From an uncultured Candidatus Saccharibacteria bacterium (GTDB taxonomy: Bacteria > Patescibacteriota > Minisyncoccia > Phycocordibacterales > Phycocordibacteraceae): a stretch of 36,212 nt of DNA. The notes below the pieces were generated by a model. The model was not told the DNA's origin. It saw only the letters and a program-made list of their open reading frames with translations, and did no database searches. The translations under genes and the position numbers were made by a program. The stretch lies in assembly GCA_964360975.1 (NCBI GenBank), contig CAYHYY010000004.1, positions 1 through 36,212 of the forward strand, given 5' to 3'. Below, in pieces: positions 18,664-29,000 of the stretch. Numbering within the stretch: position 1 is the first letter of the stretch; the number at the start of each line of letters is the position of its first letter.

Positions 18664-18853
18664 AATCCCTCCATATGTGGAGGGATTAAGCTTTGCTTCC
18701 CCGCCGCCGACACTACCATATATGGTAGTGTCGGGATTTACTGGCGGATGCCAGAATGCCCCGTCCCCTTTGGGGCGGGGTGTTCGATAGTCCGGGGGAC
18801 TGTCGAACGGGCGGCATGTTTTACTATCCATTAGCTATAGCTAACAGATAGTA
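18664..18853 (+). repeat. structured mosaic repeat, copy 1 (candidate ncRNA or MITE-like element)
   Basis: Chain of hairpins. 18664-18687 is a 10-bp stem; 18707-18734 is a perfect 14-bp-arm palindrome with a CCATATATGG centre; 18741-18754 is CTGGC-GGAT-GCCAG. P1 is 18759-18780, P2 is 18782-18808, followed by GGGCGGC at 18809-18815 and a terminal imperfect palindrome at 18822-18853. Near-identical sequence occurs inverted at 35998-36123. Confidence 0.65.
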
Positions 18854-18864
18854 TTTCCGCTACA

Positions 18865-18892
18865 TTGTATTTATTGAATCTCGTGCTAAAAT
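18865..18892 (+). promoter_or_regulatory. sigma70-like promoter, leaderless geometry
   Basis: TTGTAT (18865-18870), 16-nt spacer, TGcTAAAAT (-10 at 18887-18892), then 6 nt to ATG 18899. Confidence 0.5.
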
Positions 18893-18898
18893 ATTTCT

Positions 18899-19111
18899 AT
18901 GGTCAGAGAAGGGGATCCTGCAAAGTACGCTACTAGACGCGGTTCACGTGCTGGCAGAGCAGAGGGTAGAACTGAAGATAGGGCCGCGGATAGCAGGTGG
19001 CTTGAACAATATAATAGATTAAAAAATCTCGGTTTTTCTCGCAAAGTGGCAGCGTTCGGTGCTACTGCCGCGGTGTTTGGTTTCGACATCGCCAGAAAAC
19101 TGGACGCATGA
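18899..19111 (+). CDS. 70-aa hypothetical protein (Arg-rich N-half, hydrophobic C-half)
   Basis: Promoter immediately upstream and a hairpin plus U7 downstream. Sequence MVREGDPAKYATRRGSRAGRAEGR...VAAFGATAAVFGFDIARKLDA. No family recognised. Confidence 0.45.
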   Translation: MVREGDPAKYATRRGSRAGRAEGRTEDRAADSRWLEQYNRLKNLGFSRKVAAFGATAAVFGFDIARKLDA

Positions 19112-19141
19112 CGAAAGAACGCCTGCGTCGGGAGACATGAG

Positions 19142-19173
19142 ATTGAGAAGTTAATAGCTTCTCAATTTTTTTG
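19142..19173 (+). terminator. intrinsic terminator overlapping the rpoD stop codon
   Basis: ATTGAGAAG, 7-nt loop, CTTCTCAAT (9-bp stem), followed by U7. The rpoD stop (19151-19153) lies in the loop. Confidence 0.5.
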
Positions 19174-20425
19174 CTTTATTGTGCGTGCGGATTTTGTCGA
19201 GCGCCTTTGCCTCAATCTGACGAATGCGCTCGCGCGTCACGCCGAATTCCTGCCCCACTTCTTCGAGGGTGTGGTAGATACCATCCTCGAGACCGTGTCG
19301 CATCGCGAGAATTTTTCTCTCCTTTGGCGTCAGGTCATTTAATATTTCATGCAGTTGTTCAACCAATATTCGGTGCGCTGTATCCTGGTCCGGAGTCGGA
19401 AGGGATGAATCAGCTACGAAATCGCCACGCGCTGACGCGTCATCGTCGTCCGAAGCGCTAATGGGCGCCTCGAGTGAAAGGGTCTCCTGGTTTATCTGCT
19501 CGATCTGATAGATTTTTTCTACATCGACACCCATTTCTGACGCGATCTCCTCTGGCATCGGATCTCGGCCGAGGTCTTGCTCCAATCTGCGAACGACTTG
19601 TTTGTACTTCGCGATGGTCTCGACCATGTGGACCGGAATACGGATGGTGCGCGACTGGTCGGCGAGTGCACGCGTTATGGCTTGCCGTATCCACCAGGTG
19701 GCATACGTTGAAAACTTAAACCCTTTCAGGTGATCAAATTTATCGACTGCCTTGAAGAGCCCAAGATTCCCCTCCTGAATTAAGTCCAAGAGTGACAGAT
19801 CAGACGAGCGCGAAGCGTATTTTTTTGCAATTGAAACAACGAGACGTAAATTCGCGCGTGCCAATAGGTTCTTTGCTTCGTCATCACCTTCAAGAATGCG
19901 CTTCGCGAGGTCGCGCTCTTCCTGAGCGGTCAAAAGTGGATACTGCCCAATCTCACGCAAATACATTTGAATTGAGTCGTGCGCCGATCCCTCACCGCGG
20001 TATCCACCACGAAGCACAACCTCGTCAGGCACCTCCTCGAGCATGCCGCCAGATTCCAAAACGTCAACCCCCGATGACGACAGACGTTCATAGAGTTCTT
20101 CAAGGAAAAAAACATTTTCCTCGATGGTGGGAAATTCTTTCAATATTTCATTGTAGGTGACATACCCACGCTCCTTCCCTTTGAGAATGAGTCTACCTGC
20201 TTTCGCTTCAAGTTGCGCAAGCTTTTTTTTAGGAACCTTTGCGGGCGGCTTCGGAGGTTTGGCGTGTGCCACCTTCTTCACCTTCTTTGGTTTCTCTGAT
20301 GCTTTTGTCGCGGGTTTCTTGCCCTGTGTTGGCCCCTTTTTCTTGAGGTTCTTTTTAGGTTTTCGAACAGAACGCTTTGCTTTAGCGCCAACCGGCTTCC
20401 TCTTTTTCTTCTTTATTTTAGCCAT
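19151..20425 (-). CDS. rpoD: RNA polymerase primary sigma factor
   Basis: 424-aa ORF. Region 2 [13 protein letters not shown] and region 4.2 [24 protein letters not shown]. Lys-rich N-terminus. Confidence 0.95.
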   Translation of the reverse strand: MAKIKKKKRKPVGAKAKRSVRKPKKNLKKKGPTQGKKPATKASEKPKKVKKVAHAKPPKPPAKVPKKKLAQLEAKAGRLILKGKERGYVTYNEILKEFPTIEENVFFLEELYERLSSSGVDVLESGGMLEEVPDEVVLRGGYRGEGSAHDSIQMYLREIGQYPLLTAQEERDLAKRILEGDDEAKNLLARANLRLVVSIAKKYASRSSDLSLLDLIQEGNLGLFKAVDKFDHLKGFKFSTYATWWIRQAITRALADQSRTIRIPVHMVETIAKYKQVVRRLEQDLGRDPMPEEIASEMGVDVEKIYQIEQINQETLSLEAPISASDDDDASARGDFVADSSLPTPDQDTAHRILVEQLHEILNDLTPKERKILAMRHGLEDGIYHTLEEVGQEFGVTRERIRQIEAKALDKIRTHNKAKKLRSY

Positions 20426-20450
20426 GAATTACCAAAGTGGTACTGTACCG

Positions 20451-22202
20451 TTACTTTAAGCGTGGCGCAAGGCGGCTCAATTGCTGCATCAAGGAATCAG
20501 TGGCATCGACATCATGAGCGCCTTCAGCGTTTCGTAATGCACGGAGGGTCTCTCGGTATTGTTCATGGTACGACTCCTTCTGGAGTTCCGCATAGACCTC
20601 CTCGAGAGACTGTGCCAGCACGTCTGCATCGGCGCTTCGTTCAAGAAAAAAATCTGCCTCAAACTCTGCAGCGCGCATAATGTCAGGCGGGCTCTCAAGT
20701 AATACTTTAAATCGCTCCTCGCCAACTGCATTGAGGAGCGTGGTGCGCGCTCGTAAAGCAGCCTCGCTATCTCCTGACTCGTCGAAGGCACGCATGAGCC
20801 CCAAGACCAGTCGTTCAAGTGCGTCCCCACGAGATAAAAAGGGCTCAGCTTTAGTAGTGTCATAGCGAGCAGCCTCTGGAGTGCTCGTCGCCATTTTCTT
20901 CACTTCCGCTAATACCGCCTCTTCGTTAATGCCAAGCTTTTCAGATACTCGCTTCACGAAATGAGCCTGGTCAATCTTGTTTGGTATCATCGCTATGTAC
21001 GGGATCACCACACGAGAAACTTCGAGGCGATATCGCCGGGCGTCATATTTTGCGTCTTCAATATGCGCAATATAGAAATCGATAATGTGGAGCGCATTCT
21101 TTATAGACTCCTTAAATTGGCTCGCGTCCTTCAAGATGAGATCAGCCGGATCATCGCCCGGCGCAAATTTAGAAATTTTTACGTTCATTCCCAAAGGGAT
21201 TGCCAGTGTTGCAGCGCGTCCTGCCGCGGCTATCCCCGCGCGGTCGCCATCGTACGCAATCAGTAAATTATCAGAATAGTGCTTGAGCGCCTCGGCGTGT
21301 TCAACCGTAAACGCCGTACCGGACGTCGCAATAGCATTGCGATATCCTATTTGGTGGCTCATAATAAGGTCCATTTGCCCCTCAACGAGTATCGCTGCAT
21401 TCAGACTTCTAATGGAATCGCGCGCTCTTTCAACGCCATACAGCGCTCGCGATTTCACAAAAATTTCACTTTCGGGAGAATTTATGTACTTCGCTTGGGG
21501 GTGTGCGGCATCATCTTCAAAGATTCTTCCTGAAAACGCGATGGTTCTTCCGGAGACGTCACGAATCGGAAACATAATTCGCCCACGAAACCGATCGTAG
21601 AAGCGCGCGCGGAGCGCTTTATCTGAAGTTTCTTGCGCCGGCTGCCCGGGTACTTCATCTTTTTCGGCGCGCTTTATTAATCCTGCGCGCGCAAGTTCAT
21701 CTTCTGTATATCCCTCCGCGGTCAAGTGATTCCGCAGTTCCTGCCATGCGCGTGGCGCATAACCAAGATTCCACTGAGCAACTGACTCTTTAGTGACGCC
21801 GCGATCAGCGAGGTATTGCTGCACCTCATTCCTCTTTTTAAGCTCATCACTGTAGTATGCGCACGCTGCATCGAGTACGGCATACAGACGCTCACGCTGA
21901 TCCCTTGCTCCTGGTTTCTCTGCGATGAGCGGTACCCCAGCGCGCTCGGCGAGAATTTTTAGCGCCCCGCGAAAATCAACGCCCTCCATTTCCTCAACAA
22001 AGGTAAACATGTCCCCCCCCTTTCCTGAGGAGAAGCAATGATACAGCCCTCGATCTGGTGACACGTAAAATGAAGGGGTCTTTTCTTTGTTGAACGGCGA
22101 AAGTCCTTTCCAGTACTTCCCCGCTTTCGTGAGTTTGACGTATGACTGTACGACCTCGACAATCGATAACTTCTCCTTGATACGCTCTACAGTTTCACTC
22201 AT
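20451..22202 (-). CDS. dnaG: DNA primase
   Basis: 583-aa ORF. N-terminal EKTPSF box. TOPRIM motifs ILVEGQMDLI and AYDGDRAG. Confidence 0.95.
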   Translation of the reverse strand: MSETVERIKEKLSIVEVVQSYVKLTKAGKYWKGLSPFNKEKTPSFYVSPDRGLYHCFSSGKGGDMFTFVEEMEGVDFRGALKILAERAGVPLIAEKPGARDQRERLYAVLDAACAYYSDELKKRNEVQQYLADRGVTKESVAQWNLGYAPRAWQELRNHLTAEGYTEDELARAGLIKRAEKDEVPGQPAQETSDKALRARFYDRFRGRIMFPIRDVSGRTIAFSGRIFEDDAAHPQAKYINSPESEIFVKSRALYGVERARDSIRSLNAAILVEGQMDLIMSHQIGYRNAIATSGTAFTVEHAEALKHYSDNLLIAYDGDRAGIAAAGRAATLAIPLGMNVKISKFAPGDDPADLILKDASQFKESIKNALHIIDFYIAHIEDAKYDARRYRLEVSRVVIPYIAMIPNKIDQAHFVKRVSEKLGINEEAVLAEVKKMATSTPEAARYDTTKAEPFLSRGDALERLVLGLMRAFDESGDSEAALRARTTLLNAVGEERFKVLLESPPDIMRAAEFEADFFLERSADADVLAQSLEEVYAELQKESYHEQYRETLRALRNAEGAHDVDATDSLMQQLSRLAPRLK

Positions 22203-22293
22203 AGAGAATTTACAGAATACAGTGTACAGCGTGCATACTCACCATACGTGCCGAGAGGAATCTATAGACGAGCTACCAAGAGCCCTGTGCTTC

Positions 22294-25200
22294 CTACGAG
22301 ATATCAGCAATTTTTTCCCGAATTTCTTCGGAGGTCTCAAGCTCCCTCGCGAGCCGCTTTGCTCGTTCTTCCTGGAAAGTCTTGATGCGCTGATGCTTCA
22401 CCGAGCCGGCGAAACCGGTTCCCGCTGGAATGAGTCGACCAATGATAACGTTTTCCTTAAGACCACTTAAGACATCGACCGTGCCACGCAACGCCGCAGA
22501 AATAAGTATGCGCGTGGTGTGCTGGAATGAAGCCGCAGAAAGGAAGCTCTTCCTATTCAGGGACACGTCAGTAATGCCGAGAATCATCGGGTCGTACTTG
22601 ACCACCTCCTTACCTTCAGATTCAAGCGTACGGTTCTCTTGAAGGATTGAGCCCAAACCGACCATTTCGCCGGGAACGAGTTTAGAGTCTCCTGGGTCCT
22701 TCACGCGAACACGCGAGAACATTTGCCTGATGATCACTTCCATATGCTTGTGGGCGACTGGTGCTCCCTGCAAGTCATAAATCTTTGAGACTTCATCAAT
22801 CATGTACTCTTGCAGCTTCGTTGCGCCAGCAAGATCGAACAACTCTTCGAGATTTATAGACCCGTCAGTCACTGGATCACCTTTCATTATTTTTGAGCCA
22901 GCCTTGACGATAGCAACGCGTCTGAATGGTACCTCGTACTCAATCTTTTCTCTCGCCTTCGAGCCATGCTCTGGATCCGGAAGTATGTGAATGGTCTTCT
23001 TACCCATGTCGTCTTTCACCTCAAGAACTTCGCCCGTTACCTCTGAGAGCACTGCAGCAGCTTTTGGCGGGCGCTTATCGAAAAGTTCCTCAACGCGTGG
23101 CAAGCCGTGCGTAATATCACCGCCAATGGTCGCGATGCCTCCGGTATGGAATGTACGCATGGTGAGCTGTGTACCCGGTTCCCCAATGGCCTGTGCCGCA
23201 ATCGTACCGACCGCTTCGCCCACATCAACCATTTCTCGTGTCGTCAAATCAGCGCCATAACACTTCTGGCAGAGCCCCTGATCCGAAGCGCAGGACATAG
23301 GTGTGCGCACGACCGCTTCACGTAAGCCAAGATCGGCAATGTGCCTTGCATCTTCATCGGTAAGGAGCGTACCTTTCTTCCAGGTCTTTCCTTTCGACTC
23401 GATGTCCTTGGCGAGCACTCGGCCGCTAATTAACTTTGCAAGATCTGCTTCAATGCCGCTGGAGCGTTGACGCTTCACGACAATACCAACTTTTGAACCG
23501 CAATCTGTTTCAGTAACCACAATATCTTGAGCGACATCGAAAAGTCGTCGCGTCAGGTACCCAGCGTGCGCAGTTTTGAGCGCGGTATCGGTGAGACCCT
23601 TACGAGAGCCGTGCGTCGTCGTAAAGTACTCGGTCGGCGTGAGTCCTTCTTTCATTGAGGAGACGACCGGGAACTCGATGACCTCACCATTCGTGTTTGT
23701 CACCAGTCCCTTCATACCAGCCATCTGTGAAAGCTGTCTTGCGGAACCACGAGCACCAGAGACCACCATAGTGTAGACAGAGGAATTCTTGTCGAGTGCG
23801 GGGAGAATTTCTTTTTCGATATCTCCACTGGCTTTCTGCCACAATTCTATGGTGAGACGCAATTTCTCTTCTTGCGTCAGCAGTCCTTGCTCATACTGCT
23901 CAGTGAATGCTTGCGCTTCCTTACGTGCAGCGTCGACAATTTCTTTTTTCTTAGCGGGAATTTCGAGATCGCCGAAGCTAAATGACACGCCCGATTTTGT
24001 CGCAAACTGAAAACCGAAGTTTTTGAGCTTGTCCAGAATCGCCGGCGTATCCTTGAGGCCATAAATTCTGATAACATCCTCAACCAAGCGACCGAGTTCC
24101 TTTTTCTTTATTTCATGATTCACGTACGGATAATCTTTCGGAAGAATGGAATTGAAGAGCAGTCTCCCCACGGTCGTCTCAAATCGTTCTCCGTTAAACG
24201 CTACGTACTTCGGACTCCCTTCCGACGGCAACACCGTAACCTTTGCGTGAATGCCGACGATGTCAAAATCGTACGCGAGAATCGCCGCGTTCGGTGACGG
24301 GAAATAACGGCCGTCTCCTTTTTCGCCATCGACGTCGCGCGTCATCCAGTAGACACCGAGCGCAATATCGAGCGGCTTCTCAAATATGACTGGTTGTCCT
24401 GATCCTGGTTTCAAGATGTTCCGCGCCGCGGACATAATGGTTGCAGCCTCTATCTGCGCTTCGTCCGAAAGTGGTACGTGCACGGCCATCTGGTCGCCGT
24501 CAAAGTCTGCGTTAAAGGCAGGGCAAACGAGTGGATGCAACTGAATAGCGTTACCTTCGATCAGTCGAGGGCGGAATGCTTGGATACCCTGTCTATGGAG
24601 CGTCGGAGCACGGTTCAAGAGAACATGCTTCCCTCGAATAACCTCTTCAAGAATTGCCCATACTTCGGGAATGCCTTCTTCTATGAGCCTCCCTGCCCCG
24701 CGGATATTGTGCGCCAATTCGCGTCCCAAGAGCTCCGCAATGACGAACGGGCGGAATAATTCCAGCGCCATTCTCTTTGGAAGCCCGCACTCGTCAAGTC
24801 CAAGATTTGGGCCAACGACAATCACTGATCTTCCTGAATAGTCGACGCGCTTACCGAGGAGGTTGAAACGGAAGTAACCCTGTTTCGATTTCAAGTAATC
24901 GGCGAGTGACTTGAGCGGCCGTCGCTGCGCCTGGCTCGTCGCTGAAAACGCTGCGCCGCCACGACGAATCGTGTTGTCGAGAAGTGCGTCTACTGCCTCC
25001 TGCAAGATTCGTTTCTCATTCCTTAAAATCACTTCTGGCGCCATGATGTCCCGCAACTTCACCAGACGATTATTTCGATTGATGACGCGACGATACAAAT
25101 CATTTACATCCGATGTTGCGTGACGGCCTGACTCTAGTGCAACCATCGGTCGAAGTGCTGGAGGTGTAATAGGAATCCGGGTAAGGAACAGCCACTCTGG

Positions 25201-26010
25201 TCGGACTCCGGACTTTACCATCGAACGAATGAGCGCGAGGCGCTTATTTAACTTTTCGCGTTCTGCCGCGCCCGCTGTTTCAAGAGACTTTTCCAGTTCG
25301 ACTGCAAGCTTTTCGAGATTGAGATTCTTGAAGATGGAATGGATAGCTTCAGCGCCGATACCAGCTTCGAAGAAGGTACCGTACTTCACCGTGAAGCGGT
25401 GGTACTCAATCTCGTCGAGGACGACGCCGGGGCGAATTTTTTCAATATCTGCTTTCGCATTCTGCATCAACGACTTCAGTTCTTCTTTAGCCTTATCATT
25501 CGTTACGGACTTAAATTTCGTCTTGTATTCATTTTCGAGCTCTTTGATGAGACGGCTACGCTCATCTTCATTGACCTTCGTCACAATGTACCCTGCAAAA
25601 TAAACAACCTTTTCTGCATCTATTGCTGAAACACCGAGAATGAGCGCAATGCGAGACGGCACAGAGCGGAGGAACCAAATGTGCGCCACCGGACTCGCCA
25701 GTTCTATGTGACCCATGCGTTCGCGTCTCACAATAGCGCGTGTCACCTCAACGCCACACTTTTCACAGATGATGCCGCGAAAACGAGGTCCCTTAAATTT
25801 ACCGCAGTAACATTCAAAATCGCGCTCGGGTCCGAAAATGCGTTCATCGAACAATCCATCCTTTTCAGATCGCTGTGTACGGTAGTTTATGGTCTCCGGC
25901 TTTCTGACTTCCCCCCATGACCACTCAAGAATCTTTTCAGGACTGGCGACTTTAAGCCCGATCCAGTCGAAGTTTGCAGTGTCAATGACTTTCCCTCTTT
26001 TTTGATCCAT
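22294..26010 (-). CDS. rpoC: DNA-directed RNA polymerase subunit beta'
   Basis: 1238-aa ORF. Zinc motif [23 protein letters not shown] and catalytic [12 protein letters not shown]. Confidence 0.97.
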   Translation of the reverse strand: MDQKRGKVIDTANFDWIGLKVASPEKILEWSWGEVRKPETINYRTQRSEKDGLFDERIFGPERDFECYCGKFKGPRFRGIICEKCGVEVTRAIVRRERMGHIELASPVAHIWFLRSVPSRIALILGVSAIDAEKVVYFAGYIVTKVNEDERSRLIKELENEYKTKFKSVTNDKAKEELKSLMQNAKADIEKIRPGVVLDEIEYHRFTVKYGTFFEAGIGAEAIHSIFKNLNLEKLAVELEKSLETAGAAEREKLNKRLALIRSMVKSGVRPEWLFLTRIPITPPALRPMVALESGRHATSDVNDLYRRVINRNNRLVKLRDIMAPEVILRNEKRILQEAVDALLDNTIRRGGAAFSATSQAQRRPLKSLADYLKSKQGYFRFNLLGKRVDYSGRSVIVVGPNLGLDECGLPKRMALELFRPFVIAELLGRELAHNIRGAGRLIEEGIPEVWAILEEVIRGKHVLLNRAPTLHRQGIQAFRPRLIEGNAIQLHPLVCPAFNADFDGDQMAVHVPLSDEAQIEAATIMSAARNILKPGSGQPVIFEKPLDIALGVYWMTRDVDGEKGDGRYFPSPNAAILAYDFDIVGIHAKVTVLPSEGSPKYVAFNGERFETTVGRLLFNSILPKDYPYVNHEIKKKELGRLVEDVIRIYGLKDTPAILDKLKNFGFQFATKSGVSFSFGDLEIPAKKKEIVDAARKEAQAFTEQYEQGLLTQEEKLRLTIELWQKASGDIEKEILPALDKNSSVYTMVVSGARGSARQLSQMAGMKGLVTNTNGEVIEFPVVSSMKEGLTPTEYFTTTHGSRKGLTDTALKTAHAGYLTRRLFDVAQDIVVTETDCGSKVGIVVKRQRSSGIEADLAKLISGRVLAKDIESKGKTWKKGTLLTDEDARHIADLGLREAVVRTPMSCASDQGLCQKCYGADLTTREMVDVGEAVGTIAAQAIGEPGTQLTMRTFHTGGIATIGGDITHGLPRVEELFDKRPPKAAAVLSEVTGEVLEVKDDMGKKTIHILPDPEHGSKAREKIEYEVPFRRVAIVKAGSKIMKGDPVTDGSINLEELFDLAGATKLQEYMIDEVSKIYDLQGAPVAHKHMEVIIRQMFSRVRVKDPGDSKLVPGEMVGLGSILQENRTLESEGKEVVKYDPMILGITDVSLNRKSFLSAASFQHTTRILISAALRGTVDVLSGLKENVIIGRLIPAGTGFAGSVKHQRIKTFQEERAKRLARELETSEEIREKIADIS

Positions 26011-26022
26011 GGTGGTTTTGGG

Positions 26023-29000
26023 TTAGCGCTTGCGCGAGCTCGTAAAATCGTCACCGCCCTCTTTTCCGAGAATCACGTCGAGACACAACCCCCGCAAATG
26101 ATTGACGAGCACATTAAATGCGGCAGGCGTATGAGCGTTTTCAATGTGTCTTTTTTTCACAATGGCATCGAATGCAGCCGAACGGCCTTGAATATCGTCT
26201 GATTTTATAGTCAGCATCTCGCGAAGCGTATACGCGGCGCCGTAGCCCAAGAGCGCCCATACCTCCATCTCTCCAAATCGTTGACCGCCGTTTTGTGCCT
26301 TTCCGCCAAGCGGCTGCTGCGTAATCAGAGAGTACGGACCGATAGAGCGCATGTGAATTTTGTCTTCAACCATGTGGTGCAATTTCAAGATGTACATGTA
26401 GCCAACCGCAATATCTTGCTCAAATTTTTCTCCCGTTCTGCCATCGAACAAGGTCATGGTGCCGCGCTCTGAGAAACCCGCTTCTTTAAGCTCGCCGCGA
26501 ATTTCTGCTTCCGTTGCTCCCGCGAATGGCGGCACAATTGCCTGGTAGCCAAGTTCGTTTGCGGCTAACCCGAGGTGCATTTCAAGAATCTGCCCCAAGT
26601 TCATACGTGATGGAACACCAAGCGGCGTCAAAATGACATCAATCGGTTCGCCATCTTCGGTGTACGGCATATCTTCCGCAGGAAGAACGCGAGAAATGAC
26701 GCCCTTGTTACCGTGTCGTCCAGCCAACTTATCTCCCACCGAAACGTTACGGAGCTGCGCTACCGTGATGTAAATCTTCTTTATGGTTCCCGATTCAAGC
26801 GTATCGCCGCGTTCACGAGAAAATACTTTAACGCCAATGACGCGACCGCGCTTCCCTCCTTCCATGCGCAAGGAAGTATCTTTCACATCCTTAGCCTTGT
26901 CCCCGAAAATCGAGCGGAGGAGACGCTCTTCAGGAGAAAGTTGCGTCTCCCCCTTTGGCGTTACTTTCCCGACGAGAATGTCACCCGGGCGAACCTCTGC
27001 ACCAATTCTCACGACACCTTCTTCATCAAGGTTGCGCAACTTTGTTTCTGAAACATTTGGAATGTCTGGAGTCGTTACTTCTGGTCCTAGTTTTGTATCA
27101 CGCACAGAAACATCGAATTCTTCAATGTGAATGGTCGAGAATTTATTCTGCTGCACGAGACGCTCAGAGAGAATAATGGCGTCTTCGTAGTTTGCCCCTG
27201 ACCAGCTCATGAAGGCGACGCGTACGTTCTGTCCGAGGGCCAACTGGCCACGTGCCGTTGAAGACGTGTCCGCCAAGAGGTCTCCGCGCTTCACCTTTTG
27301 GTTCAAAGAAACCGATGGGCGGTGGTTGAAACACGAAAATTCGTTTGTCATGGTAAACGGTTGCAAGGTGTATTCATGCGACTTCCCTTTGTCGTCCTTC
27401 ACCGTTATTGAACGCGCGTCTACTTTCGTGACCACACCTGCCTCCTTCGCGTACAAGAGCCGCCCGGTGTCGCGTGCTGCCATTTCTTCAATACCGGTTG
27501 CCACGATTGGCACTTCGGGAATCACGCACGGCGTTGCCTGCTTTTGCATGTTCGAACCCATGAGCGCGCGGTTTGCGTCGTCATTTTCCACGAAGGGGAT
27601 CATTGACGTCGCAATCGAGAACATCTGATTCGTCGCAATGTCGATATACGCCACATCGTCTCGGGCAGCGAGAACGGGTTCACCCTTGAGCCTTGCTTCA
27701 ATATAGTCACCGATCAATTCTCCATTTTCTTTCATCGCAACCGCCGCGTGCGCTATCGGACTCTGTTCCTCTTCGAACGCATTCAGGTAGACCACATCCT
27801 TCGTTACTTTTCCTTTCAATACTTTTGCATAGGGCGTTTCTATAAGACCAAATTCATTGATGCGCGCGTAGGTCGCGAGGCGAAGAATGAGGCCGATGTT
27901 CTGACCTTCTGGCGTCTGAATTGGACACAGCCTTCCGTAGTGCGACGTGTGCACGTCACGGACCTCAAATCCAGCGCGCTCTCGCGTCAAACCTCCAGGA
28001 CCAAGTGCTGAAACGGTCCGGAGGTTTTCGAGCTCATCCAAAATATTCTGTTGCGCGGCAAGCTGCGACAGCTGGTTCGCGGTAAAGAACTCCTTGATTG
28101 CCGCAGCCAGTGGACGCGGATTTACCAGCTGGGTAGGGAGCGTGGTTTCGACGTCGATAGTCGACATCTTGTCTTGAATGTTTCGCTTCATTCGCGAGAG
28201 ACCAACGCGAACGCGCGCCTCGAGAAGTTCTCCCACCTGTCGAACTCGTCGAAAACCTAAATGGTCGATATCGTCCCCCTCTGCGTCTGGCATACCATTC
28301 AGTTCAATAATGTGCGAGACGATGAGCACAATGTCATCCATATTCAGAACGCGGCGTTCAAGTTCGGTCTTGTCCATCGAGCGCTTAAACCTTTGGTTAA
28401 ATCGATGTCGTCCCGGGTACGAAAGGTCGTATCGATCTGGTGAAAAGATACCCTTCACATATTCACGCGCGGTGTCAGGTGTGGCGAGGTCACCGTCACG
28501 CAGACGTCGGTATATCTCTATGTATGCCTGCTCGACTGTCTTTGCGGAGTCTTTGTCCAATGTCGCCTGTAGAGCAGCCTTTCCACCGGGAACGCGCTCA
28601 AACAAGGTCAGTAGATCACGATCAAATGTCGCCCCGAGGATACGGAGGAGTGTGGTTGCTGGAAATTTTCTTTTACGATCAATTTTTACAAAAATAGCGC
28701 CGTCAGGCTCTGATTCAATTTCTATCCACGCGCCGCGCGAAGGAATAATCTTCGCGCCGAATACGCGCTTGCCGCGCACCTCGCCCGTAGAAAAGAAAAC
28801 CCCAAAACTTCGTGCGAGCTGGGGTACGATGACGCGTTCAACACCGTTAATAATAAAGGTGCCGGTGTCAGTCATAATAGGAAAATCCGCAAGGAAAATT
28901 GACTGCTCCTTTTTGGTTCCCATCGCCTTGTTGACGAGTCGGACTTGCGCCTTCAACGGCGCATCGTATGTCTGCTTGTTTTCTTTCGCGCCATATTCGT

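Noticed and set aside
18782-18808. The 27-nt palindromic repeat GTTCGATAGTCCGGGGGACTGTCGAAC, present four times, was considered as a possible CRISPR repeat.
   Set aside because: The copies are 12 kb, 1.1 kb and 4.2 kb apart and in mixed orientation. They are embedded in larger conserved modules, with no regular spacers and no cas genes.
18772-18815. The core contains a tRNA T-arm-like GTTCGAT and an RNase P P4-like AGUCCGGG string.
   Set aside because: No acceptor, D or anticodon arms can be drawn. The motif is simply one arm of a perfect hairpin and is multi-copy, which is inconsistent with tRNA, tmRNA or RNase P RNA.
18532-18834. Track ORFs 18532-18834 (+), 18649-18831 (-), 30633-30872 (+), 35868-36080 (-) and 35810-36043 (-) share peptide strings such as PLWGG(V/E)FDSPGDCRTG or GAG(C/S)S(I/T)VRGTVERAA.
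   Set aside because: They are translations of the repeated hairpin DNA on both strands. The potential ATG (CCAGAATGCC) is missing in 2 of 4 copies. Substitutions are non-synonymous yet preserve RNA pairing, and there is no promoter or start context. Structure explains the conservation better than coding.
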